63,947 nt of DNA, filler included, from 14 parts of 14 records of this genome joined end to end with filler, not necessarily neighbours in it, one strand, 5' to 3'; positions 12,357 to 26,131 are shown, counted from the first letter of the whole stretch. The notes: a model not told the origin generated them from the letters alone. Translations and numbers: made by a program.

Positions 12357-12677
12357 TCAGTCGGTGCGGCGGTCGGGGGGTTTGGGTAGATGGTAACCGC
12401 AAGCATTTGCCATCCCCCGTGCGCTCTCCCAAGCCGAACGGGCATCAGCCTCGGCTTCTTGCCTGAGCCTTAATTGACTCCAGCTGAATTGAGACCGTTG
12501 TTTGAGCTGAGCTTTCAGCCCTTTGATTTCTTGTCTCAGTTTTGCATTCTCTGCTACCTTCCTGTCGGTATCCGACGCATGTACCTTCAGTTGTTGGATT
12601 TGTTGACTCAAAATTCCGTATTCCGGTAATGCAGGAACTAGTTCGCCGGTACAGGCCGCTAGCTAAGCCGGCCTTTA
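12357..12677 (-). CDS. 3' fragment of a coiled-coil protein
   Basis: ENAKLRQEIKGLKAQLK heptads running from near the contig edge to a stop at 12357. Confidence 0.4.
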
Positions 12678-12777
12678 NNNNNNNNNNNNNNNNNNNNNNN
12701 NNNNNNNNNNNNNNNNNNNNNTTAATTAATTAANNNNNNNNNNNNNNNNNNNNNNNNNNNNNNNNNNNNNNNNNNNN

Positions 12778-15700
12778 GGCTGCAGGCCCGACTTGGCGAT
12801 AAAGTCTGGCGATATGCCCAGAGCCCTCTCCAAGTCAACCTGTCCTTAAAGTCAGTTCTCTCTACGGTACAGCACAGCGCGGGTCTAGATGGCAAGGGAC
12901 GGCTAGGCGGGCATTGCCTGGAGTCGGAACGAAAGCGCATCAAACATCTGTGCCAAGCGGCTCCACTTGGTCGTGACTTGATGGTGCGGTGGAGTGAGTA
13001 AGTACGTCACCATCAAGCCAGTCTCCAGTACAAGATCTTGAGTTGCAGACAACAGCTCTTGGGACAGTGCTGACGCTCCTGAAAGACTAGGTAACGCGCT
13101 TGAGAACGTCGCGTCGCCAAGCTGCGTTGCACAGATGGTGCCCTCGTCAAGTTTGATCGCGCCTCTATTGCTCAGTGCCTCCAGCGCGCCATCGGCCATT
13201 GCTTCCACCCGCTCTGGTGCATGATTGTCCCCAAGCGATGCCCACATCGTTCTTTTGCAGAACTCGATTGCATGCTCCCTCGTTTGAACGGCACCTGCAA
13301 ACAGCATCACTCGACTACTCTATGCATGGCATCAGTCAGCCATGCAGCTTACCTGCGACAATGCAGTCGAGCAGTGATCTCTCAATGGCGCCTTCACATG
13401 ACTCTAACTGAGATGCTAGGGGTGGGAGCTCCCCCCTTAGCAACTCGCTCACCAATTCAGCATCTTTGGCACTCCCCAAGAGATATGCCGTGCCTCGCGC
13501 ACCCTCAGCCACATGACCCGCTCTCCCAGCCCGCCCAGCCATCTGACGATATCTCCCCACGTCGAGAAGACTGTTGCCTATCCGCGCGCCTGCTACAATG
13601 ACTCGTTGGGCCGGAAGGTTAACTCCAGCCGCGAGGGTGGATGTGGCCACAATGAATTGCAGCGACGATTTGCGATAGAGTGCCTCCACGTAGCTTCGTT
13701 CTTCGACTGCCAGCCAGATTCAGAACCGCCCAAACGGCGCTAGTCACCAGTGAGGCCAGCATGATGGTAAGCAATCCCTAGAGGCATCGTCTTGGCCAGT
13801 ATCGGGCAGACACCCGAGCCAGAGTCCTCCAACGCCTCGAGCGCGGCCATAATCTGACCCCACCAAACCCCAGCTTCAAGCCAATCTGGCTTAGGGCGCA
13901 GTTGCACCTCGCCTTGCTTCTCCTGAGACAGCTCACAGCCCAAGTGCTTGGCCAGCTTGGAGCACATTGTCTCACACTGCCGCTTGGTTGGGCAAAACAC
14001 AATTGTGAGCTGCCCGAGCTCTACTGCTTGCTTGCATAACCATACGACTTGCTCATCCTGTAGCCATTCCGATCACAATAAAGCACAAAAGCAACCACCT
14101 GGCCCGATGGGATCGCAGCCTCCTCCAGCTGGTTGCCCGCCTTGTCCCACACTGCATTTCTGAGCACAATCCTTTCGTCCAGTGCAACCGGCCTGAACCC
14201 GGAAACAAAGATCGAGGTGCCAAGCCACTTGGCAACTTGGTCCAGCTGCGGGAGGGTCGCGCTCATTGCCACCAGTTGGAGGCTCGGATGGCAGAAAAGC
14301 AACTTGGTGAGCAAAAGCTCAAGGAAGCAACCACGCGTGCCATCGGACAACATATGTAACTCGTCCACCACAGCGCAGCAGAGCTCATTCTCGAGCGCCC
14401 CGCGCTTGATCAGTCGGTTCACCACCGACGAGGCCTTCTCTGCGGTGCAGATGATGATTGCAGGGCAGGTCGTGGTTGGCAGCTGATGCTTTTTGGACTC
14501 ACCGTACATAGCCAGCACCTTAACCTGCACCCAGCCATTCCGCCGGTCCAGTGCACTGCGCAGCACACCTTGGTTCCTTTGCAGATCCGCTCGAAATGGC
14601 CTGCCTTCTCACTCACAATGCTCACATAAGGAACAATAAACAACGCAAAGGCCTTCTGCTCAAGCACTCGCCGCAGCATGAGCACCTCCGCCACCAGTGT
14701 TTTGCCTCCACCAGTCGGTGCCGAGTACAAGAGCGAGCCACTGCCCGTGACAGAGTTGAGGCAGTCGCTCTGCCACTGGTACAGCTGTTTCATTCCGATC
14801 CGCTGGTATGCTGAAGTGACTGCGTGCGGCAGTTGAAGCGTGCCTATTCCGAGCTCTGCGGGGGTCAACGCGCGGGGCTCGGCAGCAGCGACTGGGGAAC
14901 TGACTGCAGGGTGGGGGGAGGGCGGCAGCTCTGGCTCGCCTGATGGGTCCGAGCAATCCTGGCAGGTGCCCTGCTCACGCTCTGCTGCTACCCGCTGGAT
15001 CGGGGACTTGTTGGCGCGAAAGTAGCTGGGAATGGTCTCTTGGGCTGCAGCTGGCTGGGCCGCTGGCTGCTGGTCCTCTGGAGCCGCACCCGGGGCTGTG
15101 AGCGTCCCTGCAGAGCTGGCCTGACCTGTCTTGCGCCGTTTGCATGAGGCCTGCTCAGCTGCCTGCTCCTCAGTCCCGGACTCTGGCTCCAGCGCGTCGT
15201 CCTGACTCGGCACGGCAGTCTGGAGGCCGAGCTCAAGGGAACCACAGCCAGCATCCTCGTGCTCCTCGGCCGGAGCCCCCACGAACTTGTAAACCAGCTC
15301 GGATCGCGCATCGCCGAAAATGAGAATGTCACCGTCGCCAATCGGCGCCGGCTCTACGACCACGCTGCCGTTGAGCAGATTGCCATTGAGGCTCTCCAGG
15401 TCCTGCACGAGCCAGCTGGCTCCGTCTGGCGGCCAGAAGATCCGGCAGTGCCTGCAGTGGGGTCGCACCCGGCTGCACCGGACGGCGGGCACCTGCGGCT
15501 GAGCATCTTCGGATAGAGCAACGAATCCAGCGTGATGTCAGCGCTGGCCTGACGGCCCACCTGCCCTGGCCGCTGAGCCTGGCGCAGAATCGCCGGCGCA
15601 CGATGGTCTCTGGCCGCTCCAGGGAGAGCTCAGTCGGCAAGGCGCTGGTGCCCTGGGTGAGCAGCCGCAGCCGAGCCGCATGAGGGACGGTCACTTCCAT
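12778..15700 (-). CDS. Ski2-like HELQ/POLQ-family DNA helicase with N-terminal FHA domain (3'-truncated)
   Basis: LYQWQSDCL, YSAPTGGGKTLVAE, VVDELHM, VAMSATL, VFCPTK, GIAYHHAGLT, ATSTLAAGVNLPA, QMAGRAGRAG. FHA after splicing: TI|VGR..DITLDS..MLSR|HCRI..VQDLESLNG.LLNG..DGDILIFG. Confidence 0.9.
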
Positions 15701-16201
15701 CTGATCCTCAAGGGCGTCGATGGCAGTGGTGGCGCCATCATCTCATCGCCGTCCCGAGCAGCGTCGGCCTCCGCTGCGGAGTGCATTCATTTTATCGATA
15801 AAGAAGAACTGAGCACCGTTTCAGCATGCACGGCCGCTGAGTTGGGGCGGGTTTGGCACCGAGCGTGGAAGAAGCGCTCTGAATCCAGGCTCCCGCTTGG
15901 TGGCAGACGGCTCCGCCTGTGGGTTGGCCGGGCAGGTGTGGATTTTGGAGCTCTTTGACAATATGCCGTTCAAGAAGAAGCACACGCTTCACNNNNNNNN
16001 NNNNNNNNNNNNNNNNNNNNNNNNNNNNNNNNNNNNTTAATTAATTAANNNNNNNNNNNNNNNNNNNNNNNNNNNNNNNNNNNNNNNNNNNNAGTGGCAG
16101 GAGCTCGCTGGCAGGCTCGGTAGCGTCGCTAGCGACGTTACCTGGAGCCCAACGACATAATCTCAGGGGACACCGCGGCGGGCTCTTGTCACACCAGGAT
16201 C

Positions 16202-17554
16202 ATGCAGGATGCGTTGCAAGCTGACCTCGACCGGATGGCCGGCGTGCCGGCCCGACCTGGCTGGCTATCCAGGAGCGGCCCGGGCAACCTGAACGTGCCG
16301 CCCGAACGCTGGGGTATGACCGTCCAGCAGTTTGCAGGATTCGCGGCCACCTGCTCGCTCTATCCCAAGTACGACCAGCTCAACGACGAGCGCAACGACG
16401 AGCGCAACAAGATGCCCGGCTGCACCAACCTCTATCAGATCAACGATCACTTCATCAAGCCGTGGACCCGCAACACCGGCAACAGCATCGCGCTGCTCTT
16501 CAACCACGCCCGTCCGCTCAAGGCAGAGCTGATGGTCTCACACGCTTGGGCCGAAGACATGATGGAGGCTGTCTCCTCGATCCTGCAGGCTCTGTTTTAC
16601 TACGCCGGGGTCGAGTCCAGCCCCGACAACGAACTGCTCACACCGATATGGTTCTGCTGCTTCGCGCAGTACCAGGCCGGCGACATCATGGGCGATTGCG
16701 GCCCGACCGTGGCCGCCCAGCTGGCGCTCGACCCGTTCAACAAGGTTATTTCGTCGCAGCCGCCGGGTGGAATGGCTGTGGTTCATACTTCCACTTGCGA
16801 GCTTTACGGCCGGCTCTGGTGTGTCTTCGAAGTCAACCAAGCAAAGCTTCACCTGGTCCAGGGCCAAACCGAGGCCTTTTTCTCGTTCGAGTACCTGCTC
16901 AAGCTCGGGCAGGAGGTCAGCGCTGACGAGGTTGTGACCGATCCGGCGCTGCTGATGTCCAAGCTTGAGCCAAAGATCCAGGTCAACACAGCCGAAGCGC
17001 AGTGCTGGTCGGATGACGACACCAAGATGATCAGATCCAAGGTGGAGACCGCAGGCGGGTTCGGCAAGCTGGACGACGAGGTTCTTGCGTTCCGGAAGGA
17101 GCAGCTCTTCAAGGCGGTTACTGGTCTCTGCAAGATCGGTCAGTGGTTTGAGACCCATGCAGACGAGATCGAGGATCCAGTTGAGTTCCTCGCGCAGGCA
17201 ATCAAGGGCGGCGCCCACATGGTCATGTACCAGTGCTGCGCCCCGTGGTGGCATCAGCTGGTCGAATCGGGGCGAGCTTCCCCCGCCGACATGAAGGCTG
17301 TTGAAAAGTTACAGGCCGACGCCACCGAGTGTGTCAAATATTTCCTCGAGGGCAACTTCTCGCTGCCTCCTTGCGTGCCGGCTCCACCGGGCTACCCTAT
17401 CGACAAGGACCCGGGCTATGTTTGTGCCACATGCCAGGTGACTGAGGATCTTGTGGAGGAGCACCTGCTCGACCTCCAGAGTTTCCCGAACAACCGGTAC
17501 AAATTCTACCACGGCGTGCTCGAGATGATGCCCCGGGCGGCTGGTCTGGACTGA
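16202..17554 (+). CDS. Hypothetical protein (SHAW / W.CCFAQYQ / RLWCVFE motifs)
   Basis: 450-aa intronless ORF with coding-like codon usage; motifs resemble a widespread protist TIR/HET-like family. Confidence 0.6.
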   Translation: MQDALQADLDRMAGVPARPGWLSRSGPGNLNVPPERWGMTVQQFAGFAATCSLYPKYDQLNDERNDERNKMPGCTNLYQINDHFIKPWTRNTGNSIALLFNHARPLKAELMVSHAWAEDMMEAVSSILQALFYYAGVESSPDNELLTPIWFCCFAQYQAGDIMGDCGPTVAAQLALDPFNKVISSQPPGGMAVVHTSTCELYGRLWCVFEVNQAKLHLVQGQTEAFFSFEYLLKLGQEVSADEVVTDPALLMSKLEPKIQVNTAEAQCWSDDDTKMIRSKVETAGGFGKLDDEVLAFRKEQLFKAVTGLCKIGQWFETHADEIEDPVEFLAQAIKGGAHMVMYQCCAPWWHQLVESGRASPADMKAVEKLQADATECVKYFLEGNFSLPPCVPAPPGYPIDKDPGYVCATCQVTEDLVEEHLLDLQSFPNNRYKFYHGVLEMMPRAAGLD

Positions 17555-17730
17555 ATGTTCCCCCTAACTCGCTGGGGTCGGTTGGGATCTATACTCGTAC
17601 GAGTACGTGTGGAGCTTGATCAATTAGGCGAGAGCCGAAGGAAAGAACCACAGTGCTCACGGAGACACCAAACACTTAAGTCAATCACTTGATATTAGAC
17701 TACATGTAATATTAGACCATTTTAGACCAT

Positions 17731-20700
17731 TTATATAAAATTTCGTTGGTTCCTTGCCACTTGAAAAGCATACCTCCCACTACCAACAATTAGCACTACC
17801 TCACCAGTGGCAGCCTCAAACTGCCCTTCGATTATCCCGGAGGCTGACCCGGCCACAAACTTGCCACTTGTCCATACAGTTGTTCCAGACTCGGACACGT
17901 TGTAGGATTGGGTGCAATACCCCATTGTCGGCAGGTGCACTGCTGCACTAGCTCCCACTGGGACTTGTATTGTATAGCTGAAGGCAACATCTCGGTTTAA
18001 GTGTTCTGTGGCCGATCCACATGCCCACCTGGCCTCTACCACACCACGTGAGGTAATCACAGAGCTGTTGGCTGAGGAGAGGTTGCCACATATCGATATA
18101 TTCCGTGCTGGTATCCAGACCTGTGGCTGCAGCCTGATTTTCTCCCAACCATGGCTGTCTTCTTGTTGCTGGATTCCTGCCAGATGTTTGAAGTACCACT
18201 CGCTGATAGAACCGAACATAATATGATTCCAGGAGGGGACGCCAAGATGGCCTGCTGGAGCCCTTGCTGAGCCTCCAGGGACGTAGCGAGTGCTTTCCCA
18301 TGTCTCCCATAGCGTGGTCGCTCCTTGCTCGACCATATAGATGTATGATGGTGGCGTGCGAGCCTTGGCAACCATTAATGCCACGTCCCCCCGGCCTGCC
18401 TCGGATAGGGTGGGCAATAGAAATTTGATCCCCACAATTCCGACGTTGAGGTGCCACCCACTTGATGCTACATCGTCCACTAGCGTCTGGATCACTGCAG
18501 TTTTATGCTCTACAGGGATAACACCCAAATGCCATGCCAGAGAGATTGTGGTCTGCTGGCCAATTTGATAACCATCCCATCGCACTTCTTTATAGGTTTT
18601 GTTTGTGGCATCGAAGAAATGCCTGTTGAAGGCGTCTGGCAGCGGCCTCAATATCGCAGCATAGCGGTCTCTATCTTCAAACTTTCCGAACCTCTCTGCA
18701 TACTTGATTATAATTCTGAGCTGCTGTATGTAATAGAAGGAGCTCACGAGCTTGGAGTTGGATACATCAGAAGGGGGGTTGAGACCTGAAGGGTCTTGCT
18801 GCTTGGAGCCTGCAGAGAAGCCACTGCACCCAACAACAGGCGGACACCTACAATGCTAAAAGTCAACTCGAGGCATTTAGACGACAGCTACCAGTCGCTA
18901 TAGAGTCCGTATGACAGCAGACCGTCCATCTTGTTCTGTGAAGCGGTGTTGACCAGTTGGTCTATGTGCAGTTTGATCCCGTCATAATGCCTGGCGAAGA
19001 GTGTCTCATCTCGGAACCATTTGTCCACCCATTCCGGCAACAGGGTGTAAGCAGCGCCCCAAGCCGGGTCAGCGGGTTGACGACCGTGACCTGCACACAA
19101 GCATGGTCAGTATGGGTGCTGTGAGATGAGCACGTGGTACCGTAAAATGGTACTGTGTCTGGCACCGATCCTGCTGTGTGCAGCACTCGCGCGGGGCCTT
19201 GCGCCGATGCATTAAACCACTTACTGACGTGATTCTGGGCGTCGTGGATCTGGTCGACAAGACTGGTGAACGGAGCAGCCATGTCGAAATTATAAAGGTT
19301 GGTCTCTGCGGAGAGCTGTGCGTCACCAAGCCAACCACGTCGTTCACGCTGCGGGCAATCAGTCGGTATGGACATGTAGTTTGACATTGCAGATGCTCGA
19401 GTGATCTGCTGCACTGCTGTCAGCTGCGGATCAGAGAAGCTGACGGTCCCTACGTGCTCGTAGTCAGTGTGGACAAAGTGTGCCTTGAGTGTGCCCATTT
19501 CGGGCCTGTGAGGATACGTGAGCTGCACATAGCGGAACCCGGCATACATGAAGTGTGGAAAATACGAGATCGCTTTCCGATCGCCCCTGGCAATGTACAA
19601 ATTTTTCTCAAACTCTCTGCCATAATGTTGGAAGATCGCAGACTTGTTGGCTGGAGGACCGTGGATAGCCTCGGCATGCAGCATGCTGATCGACGTGTTG
19701 CGAGCAATCACATTGCCTTCTGGAATATGCAGCGAGCTAAATCCTGCCATGTTTTGGCAAAAGTCAAAAACATAGACCCCAGGGCTACTCTGCCACATAT
19801 CGCAGGGCTCGTAGCTCTTTGTGATCCGGATGGGTGGCATCACTGCATGGGAGGCGAGCACTGTGTGCGCGCTGGGAGGGTTGGCTACAGTTGCATGAGA
19901 CCATTCGTTCCCCGGCGTGAATCCATGGCCTGTCCACCCCGCCGTCTCGAGCGCTGCATTGTACGTCTCTCCCATGTATAAATTCGCCGTGGTTATGGGT
20001 CCCGCCGTTTGAATCCAGCTTGTATCCGAAACGAGGTCGAATGTGGCTCCCGACTCGAACTGGCAACTGAGTCTCAACTTGAGCAGAGGCTTGCCGATAG
20101 CAATCGGATGCCCACCATCGAACGGGTCGCCTCCTACAGCACCCTGTGTCGGGTCCTCCTTGATCCCAAGAGAGTACCAGCCGTTGCCGAGCACCACACC
20201 CAGCACCTGCTCATTCACCCCTGCCGCGATAGCATCGTTCATAGCTGCTGTGACGTTGTATGTATCGTAGTACACACGCTCAGTGTAAGTGGTGAATGCA
20301 CCGAGTTCATGCGTCGACACCAGCTTGCCGTTCATATGAAACTTGTAGTACCCCAACCCAACGATGTACAGGGTAGCACGGCTCACAGCACCCGCCGCTG
20401 CGAAGCTCTTCCTGTATTGGCCCATCGCCCCGCCGATGTATTGAGCCCCCTTCCAGTCCGCTGCAGTGTACAAGCCTGTGCTAAATTCGGCCGTAGAGGA
20501 AGGGCTCACCCGATCGTCCCGGTCCCACCACCGCACACTCCACTGGTAGTGCCGATCGGCAGTCAGGTTGGTGTCGCCTCCCCAGGGGACATTTTGAGAC
20601 ACATTTGAAGCCACCTTCCCCGAATCCCACACCCCAGCGCCCCCCTGTGCACCAGCCACCACGATCTGATACGCCGTCTGGAGCTGGCCTCGCCGTGTGT

Positions 20701-20849
20701 GCTCCGCAGTCCACCCGAAGCGCACTGGCCAGATGTCCACCCCGACCGGGGCAGGCATGTACTCCACCCGAAGGCGAACAGGGGCGGGCGGGCTGTCAGC
20801 CCGGCAGCTGTCGAGGCCGATCACGAGGAACGCGGCCAGCTGCAGCCTG
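17731..20849 (-). CDS. GH78 alpha-L-rhamnosidase (5' end at the contig edge)
   Basis: LRVEY..P.GVD, QTAYQI, VFDFCQNMAG, GFRYVQL, SIPTDCPQRERRGWLGDAQ, GATTLWETW, SWNHIMFG; two short introns near 18849-19137. Confidence 0.93.
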
Positions 20850-20999
20850 NNNNNNNNNNNNNNNNNNNNNNNNNNNNNNNNNNNNNNNNNNNNTTAATTA
20901 ATTAANNNNNNNNNNNNNNNNNNNNNNNNNNNNNNNNNNNNNNNNNNNNCAACATAGTCTGTGACGCACTCACAAGGCTTTCAACTTACAACAGGTTGA

Positions 21000-21928
21000 A
21001 TGTCGATGGGCACCCACCTGCGATATACCTGCGACCAGCACGCCGAGCTCAAGGTCGCCACTCGGCGCGTCAGCGAACCTGAGTTCCAAGCAACGGTGAA
21101 AGCAATGTTCAGCGCTCCGCCGCTCGGTGCGCAAGGGCCTCATCCGACATTTGTTGAGGTTGTGGGTGACAGGCTTCCCGGCTGGCTGCCTCCAGCTCAA
21201 TGCGCTGCCCCAGCCGGCGCTTCGCGAGCAGGTGCCTTCCACGCGGGGCCGTAGCCCAGCCGGGGGCAGTGCGCTGCGGTGGTGGACGAAATGCGAGGCA
21301 AGCCCGACCCTGGCCCGGCCCTGAGCCTTGCCCCCAAGGCAAGCTGACAGGCCGGTCCGCCGACCAGTCGTCCAACCGTTCGGTGCGCAACACCATTCGG
21401 TACATTCTGCGGTGCGGCGGCGGGCTGGGGCGGGCGCCAGACCGGCCGGCAGCGAGGCGGCGGCGCACCAGCCGGAGGCGCTTGGGCCGGTGCTGGAGAT
21501 GCACACGGCGCTCTCGCTGGAGGCCAGGCAAGTGCTGGACGAGTGCTGGGCCGCCAAGGTGGGTCGGCCGGCCACCCGGGTGATGGGGCGCAGGGGGGGG
21601 GCGCTAGCCGCAAAGAAGGCTGAACCCGAGATGGAACTGGGAGGGCTTGTCGGGCTGGATTGGAAGCTTGGGCTAGCTGTGCAGTCGAGCACATGCAAGG
21701 TCTCGGGTAGCCGGGCGCCGCTGATGCAGCCGCAGGACCTGAACGCGCCTTTCGTGAGTCTATGCTTCAAGGTGCAGCCTGGACCGGGCCAGGCGGCGGT
21801 GGCGCACTGCGTTGAGCTGAGCTTGGCCCAGTTCCAGGTGGGGGGCAGTGCGGCTGCCGTCTCAGGGCGGATGGCAGGAGATGAGAACAGAGCTCAAAGC
21901 AATGGAGCAACTTCTCTCCAACACCTAA
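21000..21928 (+). CDS. COMM-domain protein (COMMD6-like), multi-exon
   Basis: LVGLDWKLGLAVQSSTCK|DLNAPFVSL..VELSLAQFQ|EM..ELKAM is the COMM domain signature. Confidence 0.75.
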
Positions 21929-22071
21929 ACTAAACTACGAGTACAATAGAGAGCTCGCTCCGCCAAACTTTAGCCAAACTCGATGTACAGTACCTACTAG
22001 ACTATAATAGTTAGTACAGTACTCGTACCAGGATGTACTACAAATCTAAAACGCCGTAGCAGTCCCCGTGT

Positions 22072-24715
22072 CTATTCGTATTGCAGCGTGCTAATAGTCT
22101 TTGTCGGGTCGAACGTTGAAAGTGATACGGTCTCTTTAAGCATGCCACGGCTATGATCTTGTGAACTCTGGCTGAACGCAGAGGAGATCCTCTTCGTACT
22201 CTCGAGTTGCTGCGCACTCATGCTTTTCACCTGCTCAATCGTCTGTTGCACCTCTTCTGCAGTGCGGATGCATTGGTACTCAACGTCCACAGGCACTGGC
22301 GCTTCGTTGATAGCCTTGGCCAGAAGCACGGGCGCGGTGGCTAGATCGGGCGCCCACCTGTCCCACCCAAGCTTTCACGACCTGGCCTGGCCCGGGGCTC
22401 AGATTCTCACTTTCTGGCAACGGAGTGGACCACAAGCGATATCTCTCGGCCAAACAGATCTAGAAGCAGCACAGCCGAGTTGTTCTCCTGGTTGAACCCG
22501 CCTATCTGGGCTCGGACGTGGGCTGGGATCAGGTGCAACTCGAGTAAGACGACCCATCTGACCTCGGTCTCCCACCACTTGTTTGGGTTGACTGACAATA
22601 GCTTCTTCTTGGCCGACAGGCTGAGCGAAGCCAACACCGCGGGCTGTATCTGAGCCCTTTGCTCCATCATCGAAAAGTAGAAATCGACATCTTCTTGACT
22701 CATCAATTCGAGTTGTTCCTTGTAACTAGCCAAAGGGTTCAGCCATAGCTTGTGGCGGCTGGGGAACCTTGGCTGGGGCATGCATATGATCAACATGTCG
22801 GTCAGGACCGTCAACCTGTGCTCAAGATGAGCCCGGGCTCGAGAAGCTGGCCGGACCGGCAGTTTCCGAGCTCTGGGCTGAGGATCTCGGCCTCGAATCG
22901 GAGCTCGCGCTCCTCGTCCAGGTAGTTTGAGTTGGTCTGCACTCTTGCTCAAACAATATACGAGAGAGGTACAGCTCACCGTGGAGGCAAATCTGGTCGA
23001 AAGGCTTTCTTGGAACCGCGCTAGTCGGTCGAACTTAGCCGATGCGTCATCTGTGAGCTGCACACAATCTGTAAGGCCAGAAGCAGGCTTGCCGCACCTG
23101 GAGTTCAGCTGCGAGGTCGTGAGACACCTCGAGTAGATGCTGGTAGCCTGGATGCACTGCTGGCGTTTTCCTGATGATCTCAGCGAGCAGCATCTGGTAG
23201 CTTGCCTGCGGCCCACACGCTCTCAAGCTCAGGCTTAGAGCCCAAGAGCCACCTGAACTTGAAGGGGCGAGAAGATCAGGTAGTCGAAGCTCCGCGATGT
23301 CTTGGCCTTGCCCTCGGTGAGAATCTCATGGAGTGCTGCGCTCAATCGAGAGCCGGACATCCCACAGTACTGCTTGACAAGCCGACGGGTGACAGTGGCG
23401 CGGTTGAGGAACTGGCCCATCACCTGACTGAGCGAGGCCACCTGCCGTCCAGTGCTCAGCCTCGGACCAAGACAGCTCGCGCCTGGTCGAACAGGTGGTA
23501 CACAGGCCTGCCAGACGTGAGATGGGCCTGGAACTTGTGCTTAAGTTTGACGGCCTCAGAGTGCAGCCTCCGCGAGAGCTCATATAGTTGTATTAACATC
23601 GAGTGCTTGAATCCGTACTGATCTGTACAGGGTAGGATCAGGATGAGCGCAACTGACAAGTCACCAATAGGGGTGTTCTTGAGATCATCAAACAAGACCA
23701 CGAGATGGCGCAGGTAATGATCCCTGCCCATCATCAGCCATATTTGAGCCAGCCAGCAACTAAGCCGTCCTGCCTAGGTAAGACTATATTTCGCCTTTGG
23801 CCACACCTGAGGGTCTCCAGGTCGAGCACATAGCGAGTCGAAAGTATCACAGCTTCCTCTTTGACAGATTCAATTGTGAGAAGGTCCGCCTTGAAGCTAT
23901 CGAGCTCGTCTCGCTCATGCAGTTTGTGCATTCGTCTTGACATTGTCTTGGCCAGCAAATGTTTCCTCATGGTAGCCCGAGCATCCACTGCTTCTTTACT
24001 TCTGTAGGCTGCAGCGCTTGGATCCATCAAATCTTTGACATGCTTTCGCACCACCCCTTTTTCAGGCATCGGTTCATCTGGCAGCGGGGTCGCCTGCGGC
24101 GTGGCTGCATGAATTCTTGCGGCCCCGAGAATTGCGGCCCCGAGAATCACCTGCTGCTGGAACCTTCCGAGCCCAGCTTGCCCTAGTGCTGCCCGCTCCG
24201 CCTTCAGCTCGGCCTCCGCCTTTGATGACTCTTCCACTGCCTTCTGAGCCGCTGCCTGCCACTCCACCGCCCTATTGGCTGCCTCCTCCCTGCTTGCTTT
24301 ATCCTCAGCTGCCCTCCTAGCAGCTGTCGCCACCTCTTGTGACCTCGCATCCGCTGCCTCTTTCGCAGCCCTCCTAGCAGCTGCAGCCTCCTCCTCGGCC
24401 CTCCTAACAGCCTCCTCCCTTGTTGTCGCTTCCTCCAGTGCCCTCGCAGCTGCGGCCTCCTCCGCTGCCCTCCTGGCTGCTGCTTCCTCCGCTGCCCATC
24501 TCGTAGCTGCGGCCTCCTCCTCGGCTCTCCTGGCCGCCTCCTCTCGCGCTGCTCTCCTAGACGCTGCTACTTCCGCATCCCTCCTAGCAGCGGCTTCCCC
24601 CGCAGCGCATCTAGCAGCTGCTGCCTCTTCTGCTGCTATCCTTGCCTCTGCCTCTTCTTGCGCTGCTGTGACAGTTGCCCTCCTTGCTGCTGCCTCCTCC
24701 TCCGCAGCCCTCCTG
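22072..24715 (-). CDS. Hypothetical multi-exon protein with N-terminal Glu/Ala/Arg coiled coil (5'-truncated)
   Basis: Chain of minus-strand ORFs joined by short GT-AG/GC-AG introns; EEAAARRA repeats at 24270-24715. Confidence 0.6.
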
Positions 24716-24815
24716 NNNNNNNNNNNNNNNNNNNNNNNNNNNNNNNNNNNNNNNNNNNNTTAATTAATTAANNNNNNNNNNNNNNNNNNNNNNNNNNNNN
24801 NNNNNNNNNNNNNNN

Positions 24816-26033
24816 GAAACCCAGATTCGAGCCACCTGTCCAGCAACGTTAACACATGAAGCATTTGGGTCACACCTTCCTGCTTGGTGCATTCCACTTC
24901 GAAAGGCTCGAAGAGAGGCCGCTTGTGATTTAAAGTCACAGTAACGGTGTTGACCACCCTTGTCGCCGACCAGCCCGGCTTGCCACACTGCTAAGATCCG
25001 ACCCAATGCGTTGTGCTGCCATGACACAAGCACCTCCTTCATACGCTGGCAAGCCTTAAGCCGATCATGTTGCCGGTTCCTCGCCATTGCACGCTCGCCC
25101 AACACTGACGTGTCTTCCGGGGGGCGCTTGCTATATTTTTTTACAGCAGGCACCTTATTACCAGAGCTTAATACAGCAATGCGCCAGGAGAGCAGCAACG
25201 ATTCAACCGGAGGCGGGCCTCCAGACACTGCTGATCTTAGCATCATCACTGCCTGCCGCATGCGTGCATCCTTTAGTTCTTTACCGCCTGCCTCGGTGGT
25301 GTGCCCACGGCTAGTCAAAGCGGCGTGATGCCACCGCAGGACTGCAACAGCCATTGCGCGCTGGTGTCGTGTTCGGGGTGGGATCAACAGCGCAGCCATC
25401 ATTGCACTGTGACACCTCGCGTTGAGCCGCTGCACTCTCCAAGTGCAGACACACCGCGTCAGCACTCTGAAGTGCAGCTGACGCAGGAGCCCCTGGCAAA
25501 GGTGCAGTCACTGACAGCGTTGGACGAATGGTACCTGGGAAGCAGCCAGCAGCAAACGAGGCCCGAGGGACGGCAGAGGAGCTGCGGACGCGGCACAGGA
25601 GTTATACCAGTCGTCCAACTCTCGTTCTAACGTGTCTACAGCTTCAGGGCTGGCCGCACAGGTCAACACGGCATACAGCAACCCTGCAGCTCACGATGTT
25701 TTGACCATGCCCTGCGGCGGAGTCAAAGTCAGGAGAAGGTCAAAGTCAGCCTGTCAGGCGGTGGGACGAACCGACGGCTGCGGCTACCGGCCGGCTGTCG
25801 AACGCAGCGTGAAATTCGGCCCGGGAGATCACACCATCTGCCCAGCCTGGAGTGAGGGTGGCTGCCGAGACGGCTGGCAAACCCTTGTTAAGGTCGAGCG
25901 AGTCGAACAAACGGTCCGAGCTGGCGAGCTGGTTGGGGTTCGCCGCGTCCCGCAGCTCAGCCCGAGAGAGCACCCCGTCCCTGTCCCGGTCGAGCAGCTT
26001 GAAGAGCTCATCCGCCGCCAAGTGATTAGTCAT
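24816..26033 (-). CDS. EF-hand-containing hypothetical protein (3'-truncated)
   Basis: LFKLLDRDRDGVLSRAEL and LFDSLDLNK|DGVISRAEF EF-hand loops at the N-terminus. Confidence 0.6.
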
Positions 26034-26131
26034 GGCGGCTGGACTCGTGCTGCTCGGCCAGCTGCTCCATGTCGAAACTCTATCAATAAATTGCAAAAAA
26101 AATAAAGCGTGGATCTCAGAGATCCGCTGAG

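Noticed and set aside
24275-24763. Ala/Ser-rich + strand ORF and other long antisense ORFs (e.g. 9910-11151, 51144-51986)
   Set aside because: Shadow frames of GC-rich or low-complexity genes on the opposite strand.
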